64,000 nt of DNA from the IMG/VR virus record IMGVR_UViG_3300023184_003849, positions 1 through 64,000 of that record. One strand, written 5' to 3'. Below, piece by piece: positions 1 through 10,543 of this stretch. The position numbers and the translations under genes are program-made. Under the pieces are notes generated by a model, which worked only from the letters and a program-made list of their open reading frames with translations, did not search any database and had not been told where the DNA came from. This DNA is from a virus. Position 1 is the first letter of the stretch; each line of letters opens with the position of its first letter.

Positions 1-1
1 T

Positions 2-889
2 GTGGGAAAAGCAGTTATATATGGTGACACAGACTCGTGTTATTTCTCCGCGTGGCCAGTCCTCAAGAAAGAAGTTGAAGAAGGCCGGATGGCATGGTCC
101 AAAGAAACTTGTATTCAACTGTACGACAGCCTTGCTGAACAGGTCAACTCGAGTTTTCCCGCCTTCATGGAACAGGCTTTCCATTGTCCCAGAGACATGG
201 GTGAATTGATCAAGTGTGGTCGTGAAACTGTGGCGGACCGTGGTTTGTTTATTACTAAGAAGCGTTATGCTGTCAACGCTATTGACATTGAAGGCAAACG
301 ACTAGACGTAGATGGCAAGATTGGCAAGACCAAGGCCACAGGACTTGACTTAAAACGTAGTGATACGCCAAAAGTAATTCAAGAGTTCTTGCTAGAAATT
401 CTAAATAAACTATTATCTGGTGCTGGCAAGGATGAGATTGTGGAACGTATTCGTGAGTTCAAGTATGAGTTTATGGAACGTCCAGGTTGGGAGAAAGGTA
501 GCCCTAAACGTGTGAATAACTTGACCAAGTATGCGGCAGAAGAAGCCCGACTTGGCAAAGCCAACATGCCAGGACATGTGCGAGCCGCAATGAACTGGAA
601 TCAGATGCGGCTCATGAACGGAGACAACTACTCAATGCAGATTGTGGATGGTATGAAAACTATTGTGTGTAAACTCAAGTCAAATGCCTTGGGTTGGACA
701 TCAATCGGCTATCCTACAGATGAACAACGTCTGCCCACTTGGTTTACTGAATTACCATTTGATGATGGTCTTATGGAAGCCACTGTGGTGGATCAAAAGG
801 TTGACAACTTGTTGGGTGTGTTGGACTGGGATTTAGCGTCAGCAACCAATACAGAAAACACATTTACTAACTTGTTTGAATTTGAATGA
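2..889 (+). CDS. Family B DNA polymerase, C-terminal part (5' truncated by window)
   Basis: YGDTDS motif C, KKRY and GLDLKRSDTP motifs. Confidence 0.95.
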   Translation: MGKAVIYGDTDSCYFSAWPVLKKEVEEGRMAWSKETCIQLYDSLAEQVNSSFPAFMEQAFHCPRDMGELIKCGRETVADRGLFITKKRYAVNAIDIEGKRLDVDGKIGKTKATGLDLKRSDTPKVIQEFLLEILNKLLSGAGKDEIVERIREFKYEFMERPGWEKGSPKRVNNLTKYAAEEARLGKANMPGHVRAAMNWNQMRLMNGDNYSMQIVDGMKTIVCKLKSNALGWTSIGYPTDEQRLPTWFTELPFDDGLMEATVVDQKVDNLLGVLDWDLASATNTENTFTNLFEFE

Positions 890-2055
890 AACTTAGTGAG
901 ATAGTCAGTTATAAGAATCTATTGGATAGTCTCAGCAGTAAGCCTGCGGCTCAAGAACTTCTGAATGAAATTTTGAGTATGGTGCATGTGGCCGAGGTCA
1001 GCGGTGTACAGGTTCCGGGTGCTGTGTATCAACTGAATCAAGCACGTGAACAAGTTTCTCAAGCAGTTGAACAGTTTGAAAAACAGTTTGCTCATTTAAA
1101 ACAATCAGTACAAAATCTAATAGAACAACAAGAGCCTGAGTATTTTAGCAACAGTTTAGATCTCTACAACACTGGTTATCGCCACGAATCTCCTGAGCAC
1201 ATTCGCAATAGACACATAGGCCTAGATCCCATAACCTCTGTTGTGATACAACAGCGACTGAAATTGTATACCAGTTGGCAACATCCGGGCATGGTCATAC
1301 GTCCGGCTCATGCTCGTTATGTGGAAGACCTTGTGGCCTGCGATCCCATGTACTTTGTGGATACCAATGCTCAACTGTTAGAAATCACAGAGTCATGGTT
1401 CACACCCGAATATCAACGCAGACTGTGTCGTTATGTAATCGAAGAACACAGTGAACAACCTACGTTTATCAATTTGCCTGCTGGACAATTTGGCCTGATC
1501 TATGCGTTTCATTTTTTGAATTATCGTCCGTGGCCAGTGCTACAGCAGTATCTTCGAGAATGTTTTGATCTACTGAGACCTGGGGGTATCTTGGCCTTTA
1601 CCTACAACAACTGTGACATTGCCGGTCGTGTGGGCAAGGTCGAACACTGTTCGGGCAGTTATACTCCGGGACGTTTGGTTCGAGCCTATGCACAAGAATT
1701 GGGTTATGAAACAGTATTTGATCTGGACGATGACTCAGATACCAGTTGGCTAGAACTGCGCCGACCTGGCGAATACTCCAGCATACGTGGAGGACAAACC
1801 TTGGCAGCCATACACCAAAGATCCACGGAATCAAATGTTACCAATGCTGTTGACAAACCGCCAGACTCTGTGTACAATGAAGTGAATATGCTGTTGAACA
1901 TTGCTCAAAGATTGGGTATTGATCTAAAACAATGCGTTAGCAAAGGACAGTACTCAGCAAAAAAACTAAGACGCTCTATTGAACAGAGTGTGCATCCTCA
2001 GCCACTAACTGAGCAAATGATAAGAGAACTATTTAACCAAAGGAAAAACTCATGA
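886..2055 (+). CDS. Putative class I SAM-dependent methyltransferase-like protein
   Basis: FGLIYAFHFLNY...LLRPGGILAF post-II region; ATGA-coupled to pol. Confidence 0.5.
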   Translation: MKLSEIVSYKNLLDSLSSKPAAQELLNEILSMVHVAEVSGVQVPGAVYQLNQAREQVSQAVEQFEKQFAHLKQSVQNLIEQQEPEYFSNSLDLYNTGYRHESPEHIRNRHIGLDPITSVVIQQRLKLYTSWQHPGMVIRPAHARYVEDLVACDPMYFVDTNAQLLEITESWFTPEYQRRLCRYVIEEHSEQPTFINLPAGQFGLIYAFHFLNYRPWPVLQQYLRECFDLLRPGGILAFTYNNCDIAGRVGKVEHCSGSYTPGRLVRAYAQELGYETVFDLDDDSDTSWLELRRPGEYSSIRGGQTLAAIHQRSTESNVTNAVDKPPDSVYNEVNMLLNIAQRLGIDLKQCVSKGQYSAKKLRRSIEQSVHPQPLTEQMIRELFNQRKNS

Positions 2056-2774
2056 GAGACCATTTATTAGACCTAGTGCAACACACACACGATCTTGGCT
2101 GCATTGACTTGATCAAACTCACTGGCGACGATGCCAGTACTGCCATCAACGGCCTAGCCGAAGACAAGAGTGTGGTGGTAGAAGCCCGGTTCCACAATCC
2201 TGTGGCCGACTTTGCAGGCACATTTGGCATGCCCAACTTGGCCAAACTCAAGATTTTGTTGAACTTGCAAGAGTACAAAGAAAATGCTAAGATTGCACTG
2301 ACTAAAAAATCCACAGGTGCTCCAGATGGCTTGAATTTTGAAAACGCCGACGGCGACTTCAAGAACAACTATAGATTTATGGCCTCAGAGATTGTGAATG
2401 AAAAACTCAAGACCCTTAAATTCAAGACACCCACATGGCACATCGAACTAGAACCCACTGTGGCAGCCATTCAACGTCTACGTATGCAGGCCCAGGCCAA
2501 TGCAGAAGAGACCACATTTACCGCCAAGACCGAAAATGGCGATCTAAAGTTTTTCTTTGGTGATCACTCCACACACGCCGGCAACTTTGTGTTTCATCCA
2601 GGAGTTGCTGGTCAACTCAAACGTGCCTGGGCATGGCCAGTGGCACAGGTGTTGAGCATCATGGGGCTGGTTGGAGACAAAACCATGCGCATCAGTGATG
2701 ATGGTGCCATGCAGATCACTGTAGATTCTGGCCTGGCTGTGTACAACTATATTCTTCCAGCGCAAAGCAAGTGA
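2052..2774 (+). CDS. Putative DNA polymerase sliding clamp (gp45-like)
   Basis: 240 aa, near polB, clamp-like C-terminus (GAMQITVDSGLAVYNYILPA); inference from size and context. Confidence 0.55.
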   Translation: MRDHLLDLVQHTHDLGCIDLIKLTGDDASTAINGLAEDKSVVVEARFHNPVADFAGTFGMPNLAKLKILLNLQEYKENAKIALTKKSTGAPDGLNFENADGDFKNNYRFMASEIVNEKLKTLKFKTPTWHIELEPTVAAIQRLRMQAQANAEETTFTAKTENGDLKFFFGDHSTHAGNFVFHPGVAGQLKRAWAWPVAQVLSIMGLVGDKTMRISDDGAMQITVDSGLAVYNYILPAQSK

Positions 2775-3433
2775 TAGAACAACTGGCATCAAGAGGATAT
2801 GGATATGGTTCTGGTATACTCAGCCCCAATCACAATCGTTTCTTGGTGAACATACCTAAAAATGCCAGTAGTTATATGTTGGATTGGGCCAATCGTCATG
2901 GCTGGACCAGTGCTGTGGTCGCTCAAAACAACAATATCAAAGAAATGGTTGTGTGTGTAAGAGATCCTGTTCAACGTTGGGTGTCAGGCGTAGGTCAATA
3001 TCTAACCAGTTACGTTTTAAACGTTACAGGTGCCTATAGTTGGGCAACCGGACCAGGACCAAATGACCAACAAATGTCAGCAGATAATTTTATCGCTAAT
3101 TATAATCCTGTGGTAGAACGATTATTGTTTGATAATCTTTCAAGGCTGGATGATCATGTTTGGCCACAGATAGAATTTTTTGAAAATCTGTTGCCCGCAG
3201 TTCCTAGAAAGTTTTTCTATATAGATCAAGACTTTGATCAGCGTATTGGCGAGTATCTTGGGTTCACACCAGTAGACAATCTAGATCGCAATCGTGCAGA
3301 TTCCAATCCTGACACACACAAAATTCAAACATTTATTCGTCACCGTCTAAATACCAGACCTGAACTAGAGCAAAGAGTGCGAAAGGCCTATGCTCGTGAC
3401 TATAAACTTATCCAAGAAGTATTCAACCAATGA
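2771..3433 (+). CDS. Sulfotransferase family protein
   Basis: NIPKNASS (5'-PSB-like) and VRDPVQRWVSG (3'-PB-like) motifs; YARDY tail. Confidence 0.7.
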   Translation: MIEQLASRGYGYGSGILSPNHNRFLVNIPKNASSYMLDWANRHGWTSAVVAQNNNIKEMVVCVRDPVQRWVSGVGQYLTSYVLNVTGAYSWATGPGPNDQQMSADNFIANYNPVVERLLFDNLSRLDDHVWPQIEFFENLLPAVPRKFFYIDQDFDQRIGEYLGFTPVDNLDRNRADSNPDTHKIQTFIRHRLNTRPELEQRVRKAYARDYKLIQEVFNQ

Positions 3434-5007
3434 TTGAACAAGACAACTTGACTAACAAACAACAGGACTATGCTGTGTTCTTACCAGCCATATCGGGATT
3501 CTATGCAACCTTTGTGGGCAAGCAACGTGATCCTGTGAACGGTCCCTATGTGGATCCTGCACGTATGCCTGCTGGTATACAGGACATGGAGATGATGAAT
3601 TGGCTCAACAGTCAAAAGGGCCTGTTTCCATACCGGTGGAGTCTATACTCAGGTGGTCATGCCAACTTGGACTTGACCAAGCAAGACTGGAGCGAAGACA
3701 TGGTTCGCAATAGAGATCCCAACACAGTCATGCTGGGCGACTCAGGTGGTTTCCAGATTGCCAAAGGCCTGTGGGAAGGTGACTGGAAAGCCAATTCAGG
3801 ATGTGCTAAGGCCCAAAAGAAACGTCAAGCAGTACTCACATGGTTGGACTCAATCAGCACATATGGTATGGGTCTTGATATTCCAACCTGGGTCATACAT
3901 GACAAAAAAGCATCTGACGCTTGCCAAATCCGAACACTGGATCAAGCAGTAGAAGCAACCAAATACAACAATGAATATTTTATCCAGCATCGTAAAGGCA
4001 AGGATGCTGGCGGTGCCCGGTTCTTAAATGTACTACAAGGCGACAATCATCCCAATGCCGATGCATGGTATGAAATCATGAAAGAGTATTGTGACCCTGT
4101 GAAGTACCCAGGTCGACACTTTGATGGTTGGGGCATGGGCGGTCAGAACATGTGTGACGTTCACTTGGTACTCAAGCGACTGATAGCACTACGCCATGAC
4201 GGCTTGCTACAACAAGGACTACACGACTGGATGCACTTTTTGGGTACATCAAAGTTGGAATGGGCTGTGCTACTCACCGTGATCCAACGGGCAGTTAGAA
4301 AATACGTTAATCCGTCTTTTACTATTTCCTTTGATTGTGCCAGTCCATTCCTGGCCACTGCCAACGGACAGGTATATCATCACATTGACCTGCCACACAA
4401 CGACAAATGGTGCTATAGAATGAGTCCTATTGTGGATGACAAAAAGTATGCCACAGATACTCGACCCTATGGACAGGCTGTGATAGCAGATGGCTTGATT
4501 GACCACTTTGATGAGTCTCCAATCAGTCGCCATCTACAAATGAAAGACATCTGTATCTATCGACCTGGTGACCTAAACAAGATCGGCAAAGAAGGCAAAA
4601 CATCGTGGGATTCATTCTCATATGCACTGTTAATGGGTCACAATGTTTGGACACATTTGGAAGCGGTACAACGGGCCAATCGAGCATATGACGCAGGTTC
4701 ATGGCCAGCCATGATGTGGAATCAAGGCACCAAAGGTCGCACTGGAGACCATGCACACTTTAGAGACATTGTGGATGCCATTTTTGCCACACCCAACCGA
4801 GAGGAATCCGAAGCCATTATCGAGCACTACAGCCGATATTGGATGGATATTGTGGGCACTAGAGGGTTCAAAGGCGACAAGACCGTCAGCGCCAGACCAC
4901 AGTTCAATATGTTTTTCGAAGAAGTTGAGGTTGCTGACACCCAGGATGATAGTGTAGAATTAGACACATCACGATTGGATCAACTGGAACAGGATCAAGA
5001 AAAATGA
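3430..5007 (+). CDS. dpdA: TGT-fold deoxyguanine transglycosylase (DpdA-like)
   Basis: DSGGFQ, LDIP, VLQG, HFLG and SFDCAS motifs of TGT/DpdA; clustered with folE, queD, queE. Confidence 0.8.
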   Translation: MIEQDNLTNKQQDYAVFLPAISGFYATFVGKQRDPVNGPYVDPARMPAGIQDMEMMNWLNSQKGLFPYRWSLYSGGHANLDLTKQDWSEDMVRNRDPNTVMLGDSGGFQIAKGLWEGDWKANSGCAKAQKKRQAVLTWLDSISTYGMGLDIPTWVIHDKKASDACQIRTLDQAVEATKYNNEYFIQHRKGKDAGGARFLNVLQGDNHPNADAWYEIMKEYCDPVKYPGRHFDGWGMGGQNMCDVHLVLKRLIALRHDGLLQQGLHDWMHFLGTSKLEWAVLLTVIQRAVRKYVNPSFTISFDCASPFLATANGQVYHHIDLPHNDKWCYRMSPIVDDKKYATDTRPYGQAVIADGLIDHFDESPISRHLQMKDICIYRPGDLNKIGKEGKTSWDSFSYALLMGHNVWTHLEAVQRANRAYDAGSWPAMMWNQGTKGRTGDHAHFRDIVDAIFATPNREESEAIIEHYSRYWMDIVGTRGFKGDKTVSARPQFNMFFEEVEVADTQDDSVELDTSRLDQLEQDQEK

Positions 5008-5081
5008 ATCGAGACGGACACAAAAATGCCAACTTTTTTGTTGACACACAAGGCTTTAATGCAAAAAACCATGAGTGCTAA
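5004..5081 (+). pseudogene. Remnant duplicate of the N-terminus of the 6426 gene
   Basis: MNRDGHKNANFFVDT vs MNRPKHENVNFFVGT; ATGA overlap with dpdA stop. Confidence 0.6.
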
Positions 5082-5111
5082 AACACAATTTAATTCACTG
5101 TTCGACCTAGG

Positions 5112-6371
5112 ATGAGAGACAAAGTAACAATGAAGGATGTGCAGGCTTTGTTCTCACAGGAACGCCCTGCAAAATTCTGTGTCGCACCCTTTATAAGTAC
5201 AATGCTAACTGCACATGGCAAAGTCAGTTCATGTGCATACGGTGCTCACGATTGGTTGCTTGGCGATATTACACCAAAAGAAAAGTGGGATTCAGATGGT
5301 CTCAATCGATTACGTGCTTGGTTTGCTAAGGGTGGCGAACCTTGTCAAAAATGCATGCACGAAGAGGCCGGGGGGAAAGATAGTTTGCGTATGCGCATGT
5401 TAGCCGAATATCCTACTGCATATGAAGATTCTATTCTAACAAGCAAATGGCAAAATGGTCCTCAACATCTTTGCACTAAGGTTAGTAATATTTGTAATCT
5501 TGCATGTCGTAGTTGCGCAGGATGGGATACAAACAAGTATGCGGACGAAGGCCAATACTATGTAGAAAAATACAATACTAAAATTACAGATCCTAAAACG
5601 CAAGAGATTTTATTTACAAATAGATATGTGCCTCGCGTGGGCCCTAGACATGCTAACTATTCAATGTTTCATGAAGTTGACAGTAATCTAACTAAAATTG
5701 AATTCTACGGTGGCGAAACATTGCTGAACTTAACTCATTTGGATTTCTTGGAGCAACTTGTTAATTCAGGTAGGAATCGAGAAATTACGTTGTTCTATGC
5801 AACCAATTGCACACAGAAATTAAACAAAAGATACCTACATGTTTGGGAAAAATTCAAACGCATTGAATTCAGCATGAGTATTGATCATCTTGGTGACAAA
5901 TTTCATTACCTACGTTGGCCTGGAGACTGGAACGATGTTTCTAAAAATATCGATGAGTTACTGTCTCTTAAAAATATGTTTACTAACACTGAAGTGTACC
6001 ATATAGTGAGCCCTTGTTGCACGATGTACAATGCCTATTATATTGATGAGGTATTGGAATGGGGTCAAAATCACGTTGGCGCTGTGTACATAAACATGGT
6101 TGCTGATCCTGCTCATATTGCCATTAACATTGCGCCAGACGATGTCAAACTTGCTATGCTTGAAAAAATACAATCTCCTGAAGTTAGAGGATTTTTACAA
6201 GTTAAACCTCACGATCCATTGTTATGGAAACAGTTTATTATTTGGGCAAAACGTCAAGATGAATACCGCGGAGAAGATTTTATTAAGACCTTTCCAGAGT
6301 TTGGCAAAATTATCAAATCATATTGGGATGCTGTAAATGATCTGTCTGAAGAAAATTTTTATAAGCAGTAG
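5112..6371 (+). CDS. Radical SAM protein with SPASM/twitch-like Cys region
   Basis: CNLACRSC, YGGE motif, N-terminal Cys cluster. Confidence 0.85.
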   Translation: MRDKVTMKDVQALFSQERPAKFCVAPFISTMLTAHGKVSSCAYGAHDWLLGDITPKEKWDSDGLNRLRAWFAKGGEPCQKCMHEEAGGKDSLRMRMLAEYPTAYEDSILTSKWQNGPQHLCTKVSNICNLACRSCAGWDTNKYADEGQYYVEKYNTKITDPKTQEILFTNRYVPRVGPRHANYSMFHEVDSNLTKIEFYGGETLLNLTHLDFLEQLVNSGRNREITLFYATNCTQKLNKRYLHVWEKFKRIEFSMSIDHLGDKFHYLRWPGDWNDVSKNIDELLSLKNMFTNTEVYHIVSPCCTMYNAYYIDEVLEWGQNHVGAVYINMVADPAHIAINIAPDDVKLAMLEKIQSPEVRGFLQVKPHDPLLWKQFIIWAKRQDEYRGEDFIKTFPEFGKIIKSYWDAVNDLSEENFYKQ

Positions 6372-6425
6372 CAGATTTCACCGTATAGGTTGCAATCAAC
6401 TATCAAACTTGTTAAACTATCCACT

Positions 6426-6953
6426 ATGAACAGACCTAAACACGAAAACGTCAACTTTTTTGTAGGAACAGAAGTTGAACGCACTCCCGCATTTGGTCGG
6501 CACACATTGTTTGTAGTGGGCTGGCAACCTATACTTGAAATTGTTCGACTGCTGGCTAAGCACAATTCGTATCTAGACAAGTCCAAGCACATTGGGCACA
6601 TCTTCTTTGGCGCCAATCACAGTTTTCATCCTGCCAACAGACTGGAATGGCAACGCTGGGAAAGCATGATTGAACCATTCTTGCGTGATGGTCACTTGTG
6701 TAGTCTGGACATTCCCATCACACACGTGGAAGAATTCAATGACGGTCCCTTGTGTGACTATAGAAACTTTATTCCACAGATTCGAGTAAGCATACCCTAT
6801 ACAAAACTGTGGAATTATAACACAATGGTAAAAATAGATGACCGAGACTTTGACGCTACCAATCCCGGCGTTTGGTGTCATAATCTACACAGCCTAATGA
6901 GTCGTGACACATTTACATCTTGGGATGACTACCGTGAGGATTTGACAATCTAA
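6426..6953 (+). CDS. Hypothetical protein
   Basis: ORF; ATG at 6426 preferred; TAATG coupling to next gene. Confidence 0.75.
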   Translation: MNRPKHENVNFFVGTEVERTPAFGRHTLFVVGWQPILEIVRLLAKHNSYLDKSKHIGHIFFGANHSFHPANRLEWQRWESMIEPFLRDGHLCSLDIPITHVEEFNDGPLCDYRNFIPQIRVSIPYTKLWNYNTMVKIDDRDFDATNPGVWCHNLHSLMSRDTFTSWDDYREDLTI

Positions 6954-7357
6954 TGGCAACATATCCCGCAATCATGGGTGCCAAGGCCAGTTCCCAACGG
7001 CATAAGATAAACCAAATCTATGGCACTGTGAGCCCCGCCACCACAGTTAAACCAGTGAGAAAATATCAACCAAAAGGACCCAATATGTTTAAACGAATGA
7101 TCAGAGGCTTGGTCACCTGGAGCATGAACGATCGTCATCAAGAAGACATTGTTATATCTGACCGTGAAGAAGTTAGAATCAGTGGCACGGGCATTAGATT
7201 CGAAGTGTATCGTGCCAATGGTGGCACAGTGATCGAAACACGTCGCAATGATCGCCGCACAGGAGACAGCGTTTATGAACTGCATGTGATCTCTGCGGAC
7301 CAAGACATCGGCGAAGAGATTGGCAAAATCATAACCATGGAATCATTAAAAGCATGA
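6953..7357 (+). CDS. Hypothetical protein
   Basis: ORF translationally coupled on both sides. Confidence 0.7.
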   Translation: MATYPAIMGAKASSQRHKINQIYGTVSPATTVKPVRKYQPKGPNMFKRMIRGLVTWSMNDRHQEDIVISDREEVRISGTGIRFEVYRANGGTVIETRRNDRRTGDSVYELHVISADQDIGEEIGKIITMESLKA

Positions 7358-7806
7358 ACCAAAGAGCACAAGCACTAACAGAACAGCGTGAACGAATCAT
7401 GAGTCACGCAGAACGTAAAATCTGGGTCACATTCCGCAAGGAAGGCATACATTGCTATCCTGCGGCTGCCACTGATCCTGCTCTGGCCACTGGCGATGAA
7501 TATGATGTGAGTTTTCTTGGAACCCCACATCGACACATATTCCACTTTAGAGTGTGGATTGATGTGCTACACAACGATCGCGACATTGAGTTTATTCAAT
7601 TCAAACGCTGGTTAGAAAACCTGTACAAGGCAGGCATCTTGCAACTGGACTACAAAAGTTGCGAGATGATGGCCGATGACTTGTACACAGAAATTTCAGG
7701 TCGTTATCCTGACCGTGCTGTATGGATTGAGGTTGCTGAAGACGGTGAGAACGGTGCCTTGATCAAATATGAAATTGCTCGCCCTAGTCTGTCAATTAAA
7801 ATTTAA
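7354..7806 (+). CDS. dpdL: QueD paralog (T-fold), DpdL-type putative CDG decarboxylase
   Basis: LGTPHRHIF = LxxxHRHxF in place of CxxxHGH; SCEMMA and EDGENGA T-fold motifs. Confidence 0.7.
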   Translation: MNQRAQALTEQRERIMSHAERKIWVTFRKEGIHCYPAAATDPALATGDEYDVSFLGTPHRHIFHFRVWIDVLHNDRDIEFIQFKRWLENLYKAGILQLDYKSCEMMADDLYTEISGRYPDRAVWIEVAEDGENGALIKYEIARPSLSIKI

Positions 7807-7815
7807 GGAAAACAA

Positions 7816-8037
7816 ATGGCCAAGCCACTGATCAAACACAATCCTCGTACTCAACAAGTTTGGGAGGATCTGGATCGCTATCGCGAGTTTGTACAAGACT
7901 ATGGGTATCGTTTCAACGAAGCGGACTTGTACAACTTCCGCAGTTATGCGTTCCAGCAGTTCAACAAGTTTGCCCAAGGCAAAACTGCCAAGAACATGTG
8001 GGACGAAGACACCCGCCGCTTTGCATCAAGGTTCTAA
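7816..8037 (+). CDS. Hypothetical protein
   Basis: AAGGA SD, 73 aa ORF. Confidence 0.75.
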   Translation: MAKPLIKHNPRTQQVWEDLDRYREFVQDYGYRFNEADLYNFRSYAFQQFNKFAQGKTAKNMWDEDTRRFASRF

Positions 8038-8039
8038 TC

Positions 8040-8498
8040 ATGGGGGCCGCAAGAGAAAAAGATCAAGCGGACTTTGACTTAGAACGCTTTGTCAACATGT
8101 TTGACGAAGCCATGACCAGTACTGATCCGCGTGTGATGGAAACACTACGCAGTTTAATGACGATTGTGGCGTTGACTCGCCCGGAATCACGTGACGTCCT
8201 TGACACACGCAAAGGTCCGTTACGCAGAGCGTTTGAAGATATGAATCATCTTTGGAAACGTCTTGAGCAGATGGAAATAGAACTCAAGCAAATGCATCAG
8301 CGCATTAGTCACCATGAAGGACTTAATAACAAGTCGTGGCCTAGACAAGAAACTGCCATGGACAAATATTCCATGGCGGCGGCCGTTAATATGGCTCAAT
8401 CTGTTGATCAAGATGTTATGCGTCAAATTACTCAAAAGATAAACAGTCCAGGTCTAGCAATAAATTCAAAACCATCTAAAGGATTACTGAAAAAATGA
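8040..8498 (+). CDS. Hypothetical coiled-coil protein
   Basis: ATG at 8040 right after upstream stop; ATGA overlap downstream. Confidence 0.7.
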   Translation: MGAAREKDQADFDLERFVNMFDEAMTSTDPRVMETLRSLMTIVALTRPESRDVLDTRKGPLRRAFEDMNHLWKRLEQMEIELKQMHQRISHHEGLNNKSWPRQETAMDKYSMAAAVNMAQSVDQDVMRQITQKINSPGLAINSKPSKGLLKK

Positions 8499-9694
8499 GA
8501 AAACTATACTACATGGGTCTTGAAAGTTATCAAGGCCGCTACACACTACAACTAACAGAGTGGAACAAAAGGGTTTTTGATCGCAGAGGGCTTGACGTTG
8601 TGTATGTCCCTGGCACAACCATTGACAACACACAGGCCATATCAGTTGGTCAAGTATTGGATGCACATGGTCGCAGTTACTTTGGCATGAGCCAAATGAT
8701 GAATCTTGTTCAACTCATGAAAAATGGAGAAGTCACCCATGAAGACGTTATCTACTTTGAAGACATGTTCCAACCTGGAATCGAGAGTCTACCCTATATT
8801 CTTGATCAAGTTCCTGCTGATCAACGTCCCCGCGTATATGTTAGGTGTCTTGCTCAGTCCATTGATCCTGATGATTTCGTACATGTATGGGGTATGGCAA
8901 AATGGATGGGACTCTACGAACAAATGGTCAATGAGTTTGTTACAGGAGTTCTCGCCACGAACGAAGAGATGGTTGCTCATATGCGCATTGCTGGATGGAG
9001 TGCTCCTATATACAATATTAGTGGCCTAGCATTTGGAAAACAAGAAGTACTGGAGCGTATTGGCTGTGCAGACAACATCAGACCATTCCATGAACGTCAA
9101 TTGCGTGTGGGCTTTGCCGCACGTTTTGACCAAGAAAAGCAACCAGGCTTCTTTATGGACTTGGCCGAACAGTATCAGAAAACTGATCCTAGCGTGAAGT
9201 TTGCTGTGTTTTCGGGTGGTCCATTGAGATCAAACAATCCAGAATATGTGACTCGTGCCAGAGCCTTGGCAGCCGCCGGCTTGTTGGAAATACATGAAAA
9301 TTTAAACAAGAACGATTACTATGCTCTCCTTAACGATACTCGTGTGCTGTTTAATTGTGCTCTTCAAGACTGGGTCTCTAACACAGTTAGTGAAGCAGAT
9401 ACTCTTGGATGTAATGTATTGTATCCAGCATATCGTAGTTTCCCGGAAACCTTTGCCAACGATCCTGACCGCCTTTATGTACCATGGAGCATGACAGATG
9501 CCATGAACAAACTGGATCCATTGTTAGTCTCACCACATACCAGTATGGGACGTATAAGTGACTGGAACGATGGTACAGTAGATCGTATTGTTGATATTAT
9601 CACTGGGCAAGGTGAATCGTGGAATAGAGCGGGCAACCGCTATCGTGACCATGTTTCTCATGAAAAATACCAAATAAGAAAAATCAAAGAATGA
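8495..9694 (+). CDS. GT-B (GT4-like) glycosyltransferase
   Basis: ARFDQEKQP and VSEADTLGC...FPE motifs. Confidence 0.75.
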   Translation: MRKLYYMGLESYQGRYTLQLTEWNKRVFDRRGLDVVYVPGTTIDNTQAISVGQVLDAHGRSYFGMSQMMNLVQLMKNGEVTHEDVIYFEDMFQPGIESLPYILDQVPADQRPRVYVRCLAQSIDPDDFVHVWGMAKWMGLYEQMVNEFVTGVLATNEEMVAHMRIAGWSAPIYNISGLAFGKQEVLERIGCADNIRPFHERQLRVGFAARFDQEKQPGFFMDLAEQYQKTDPSVKFAVFSGGPLRSNNPEYVTRARALAAAGLLEIHENLNKNDYYALLNDTRVLFNCALQDWVSNTVSEADTLGCNVLYPAYRSFPETFANDPDRLYVPWSMTDAMNKLDPLLVSPHTSMGRISDWNDGTVDRIVDIITGQGESWNRAGNRYRDHVSHEKYQIRKIKE

Positions 9695-10542
9695 TGTTGC
9701 TTGCCCAGGACATCAAATGGTTTCATGTAGAAGCAAGTTCAAAGTGCAATGCATGGTGTCCAGCATGTCCTCGAAACAACCAAGGGTTTGGTTTGATCGA
9801 CGGATTAGTAGAGCAGGATTTAACCCCTGCGATGTTTGAACAAGCATTAGTAAATTTTCCTGCACTAGAATGTGTTCAATTGTGCGGTAACTTAGGTGAT
9901 CCTATTGCGTCCACTCATATTACTGAACTTGTCTCTATTGCTAAAAACTATGTGAAAAAAATACAAATTCATACAAACGGTAGTTTACGGAATAGTGACT
10001 GGTGGCAAGAATTTGCTGGGTGTCTAGAGGACATAGACCATGATGTTTGGTTTGGCATTGATGGGCTCAGAGGCGTTCATGAAATTTATCGTCAAGGCAC
10101 TGACTTTGATAAAATAATGCAGAATGCCACAGCGTTTATTAGTGCAGGCGGTCATGCCACGTGGCAGTTTATACCTTACCAACACAACGAGCATCAGATC
10201 AGAGATTGTTTAAAACTTAGTCAACAAATGAAATTTAAAAAATTCAAAATAGCAAAACTTTATAGAAAACAAATAGTTGCTAGACATTATAAAACTGGTG
10301 TTGAGTTTGACTTATTGCCAGCAGATTCAGTGAAATCACTGACCAATATTGATCGTCCAAATACCACTGTTGAATTTCACAATTGTATGCATTTATCAAT
10401 TCCAAGCGTGTACATGTCAGCCAATGGCACATTCAGCAGGTGTTGTTACTTTAACAAACAAGATAGATTTACAGACTCGAGTGCGTTATTAAGTAAGGTT
10501 ACAGATCTTAACAATCAACTTTGTGTAAAAAATTGTGGATAA
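9691..10542 (+). CDS. Radical SAM protein
   Basis: CNAWCPAC; GNLGDP; HTNGS. Confidence 0.85.
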   Translation: MMLLAQDIKWFHVEASSKCNAWCPACPRNNQGFGLIDGLVEQDLTPAMFEQALVNFPALECVQLCGNLGDPIASTHITELVSIAKNYVKKIQIHTNGSLRNSDWWQEFAGCLEDIDHDVWFGIDGLRGVHEIYRQGTDFDKIMQNATAFISAGGHATWQFIPYQHNEHQIRDCLKLSQQMKFKKFKIAKLYRKQIVARHYKTGVEFDLLPADSVKSLTNIDRPNTTVEFHNCMHLSIPSVYMSANGTFSRCCYFNKQDRFTDSSALLSKVTDLNNQLCVKNCG

Positions 10543-10543
10543 T

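Noticed and set aside
3430-5007. Canonical tRNA-guanine transglycosylase
   Set aside because: It lacks the CxCxxC zinc motif of bacterial Tgt, is longer and sits in the replication region, so a DpdA-type call is preferred. tRNA activity is not excluded.
7860-8039. N-terminal extensions in the ORF track (also 6390, 22972, 26047, 34227, 53018)
   Set aside because: Downstream ATGs with SD sites or stop-start coupling fit better.
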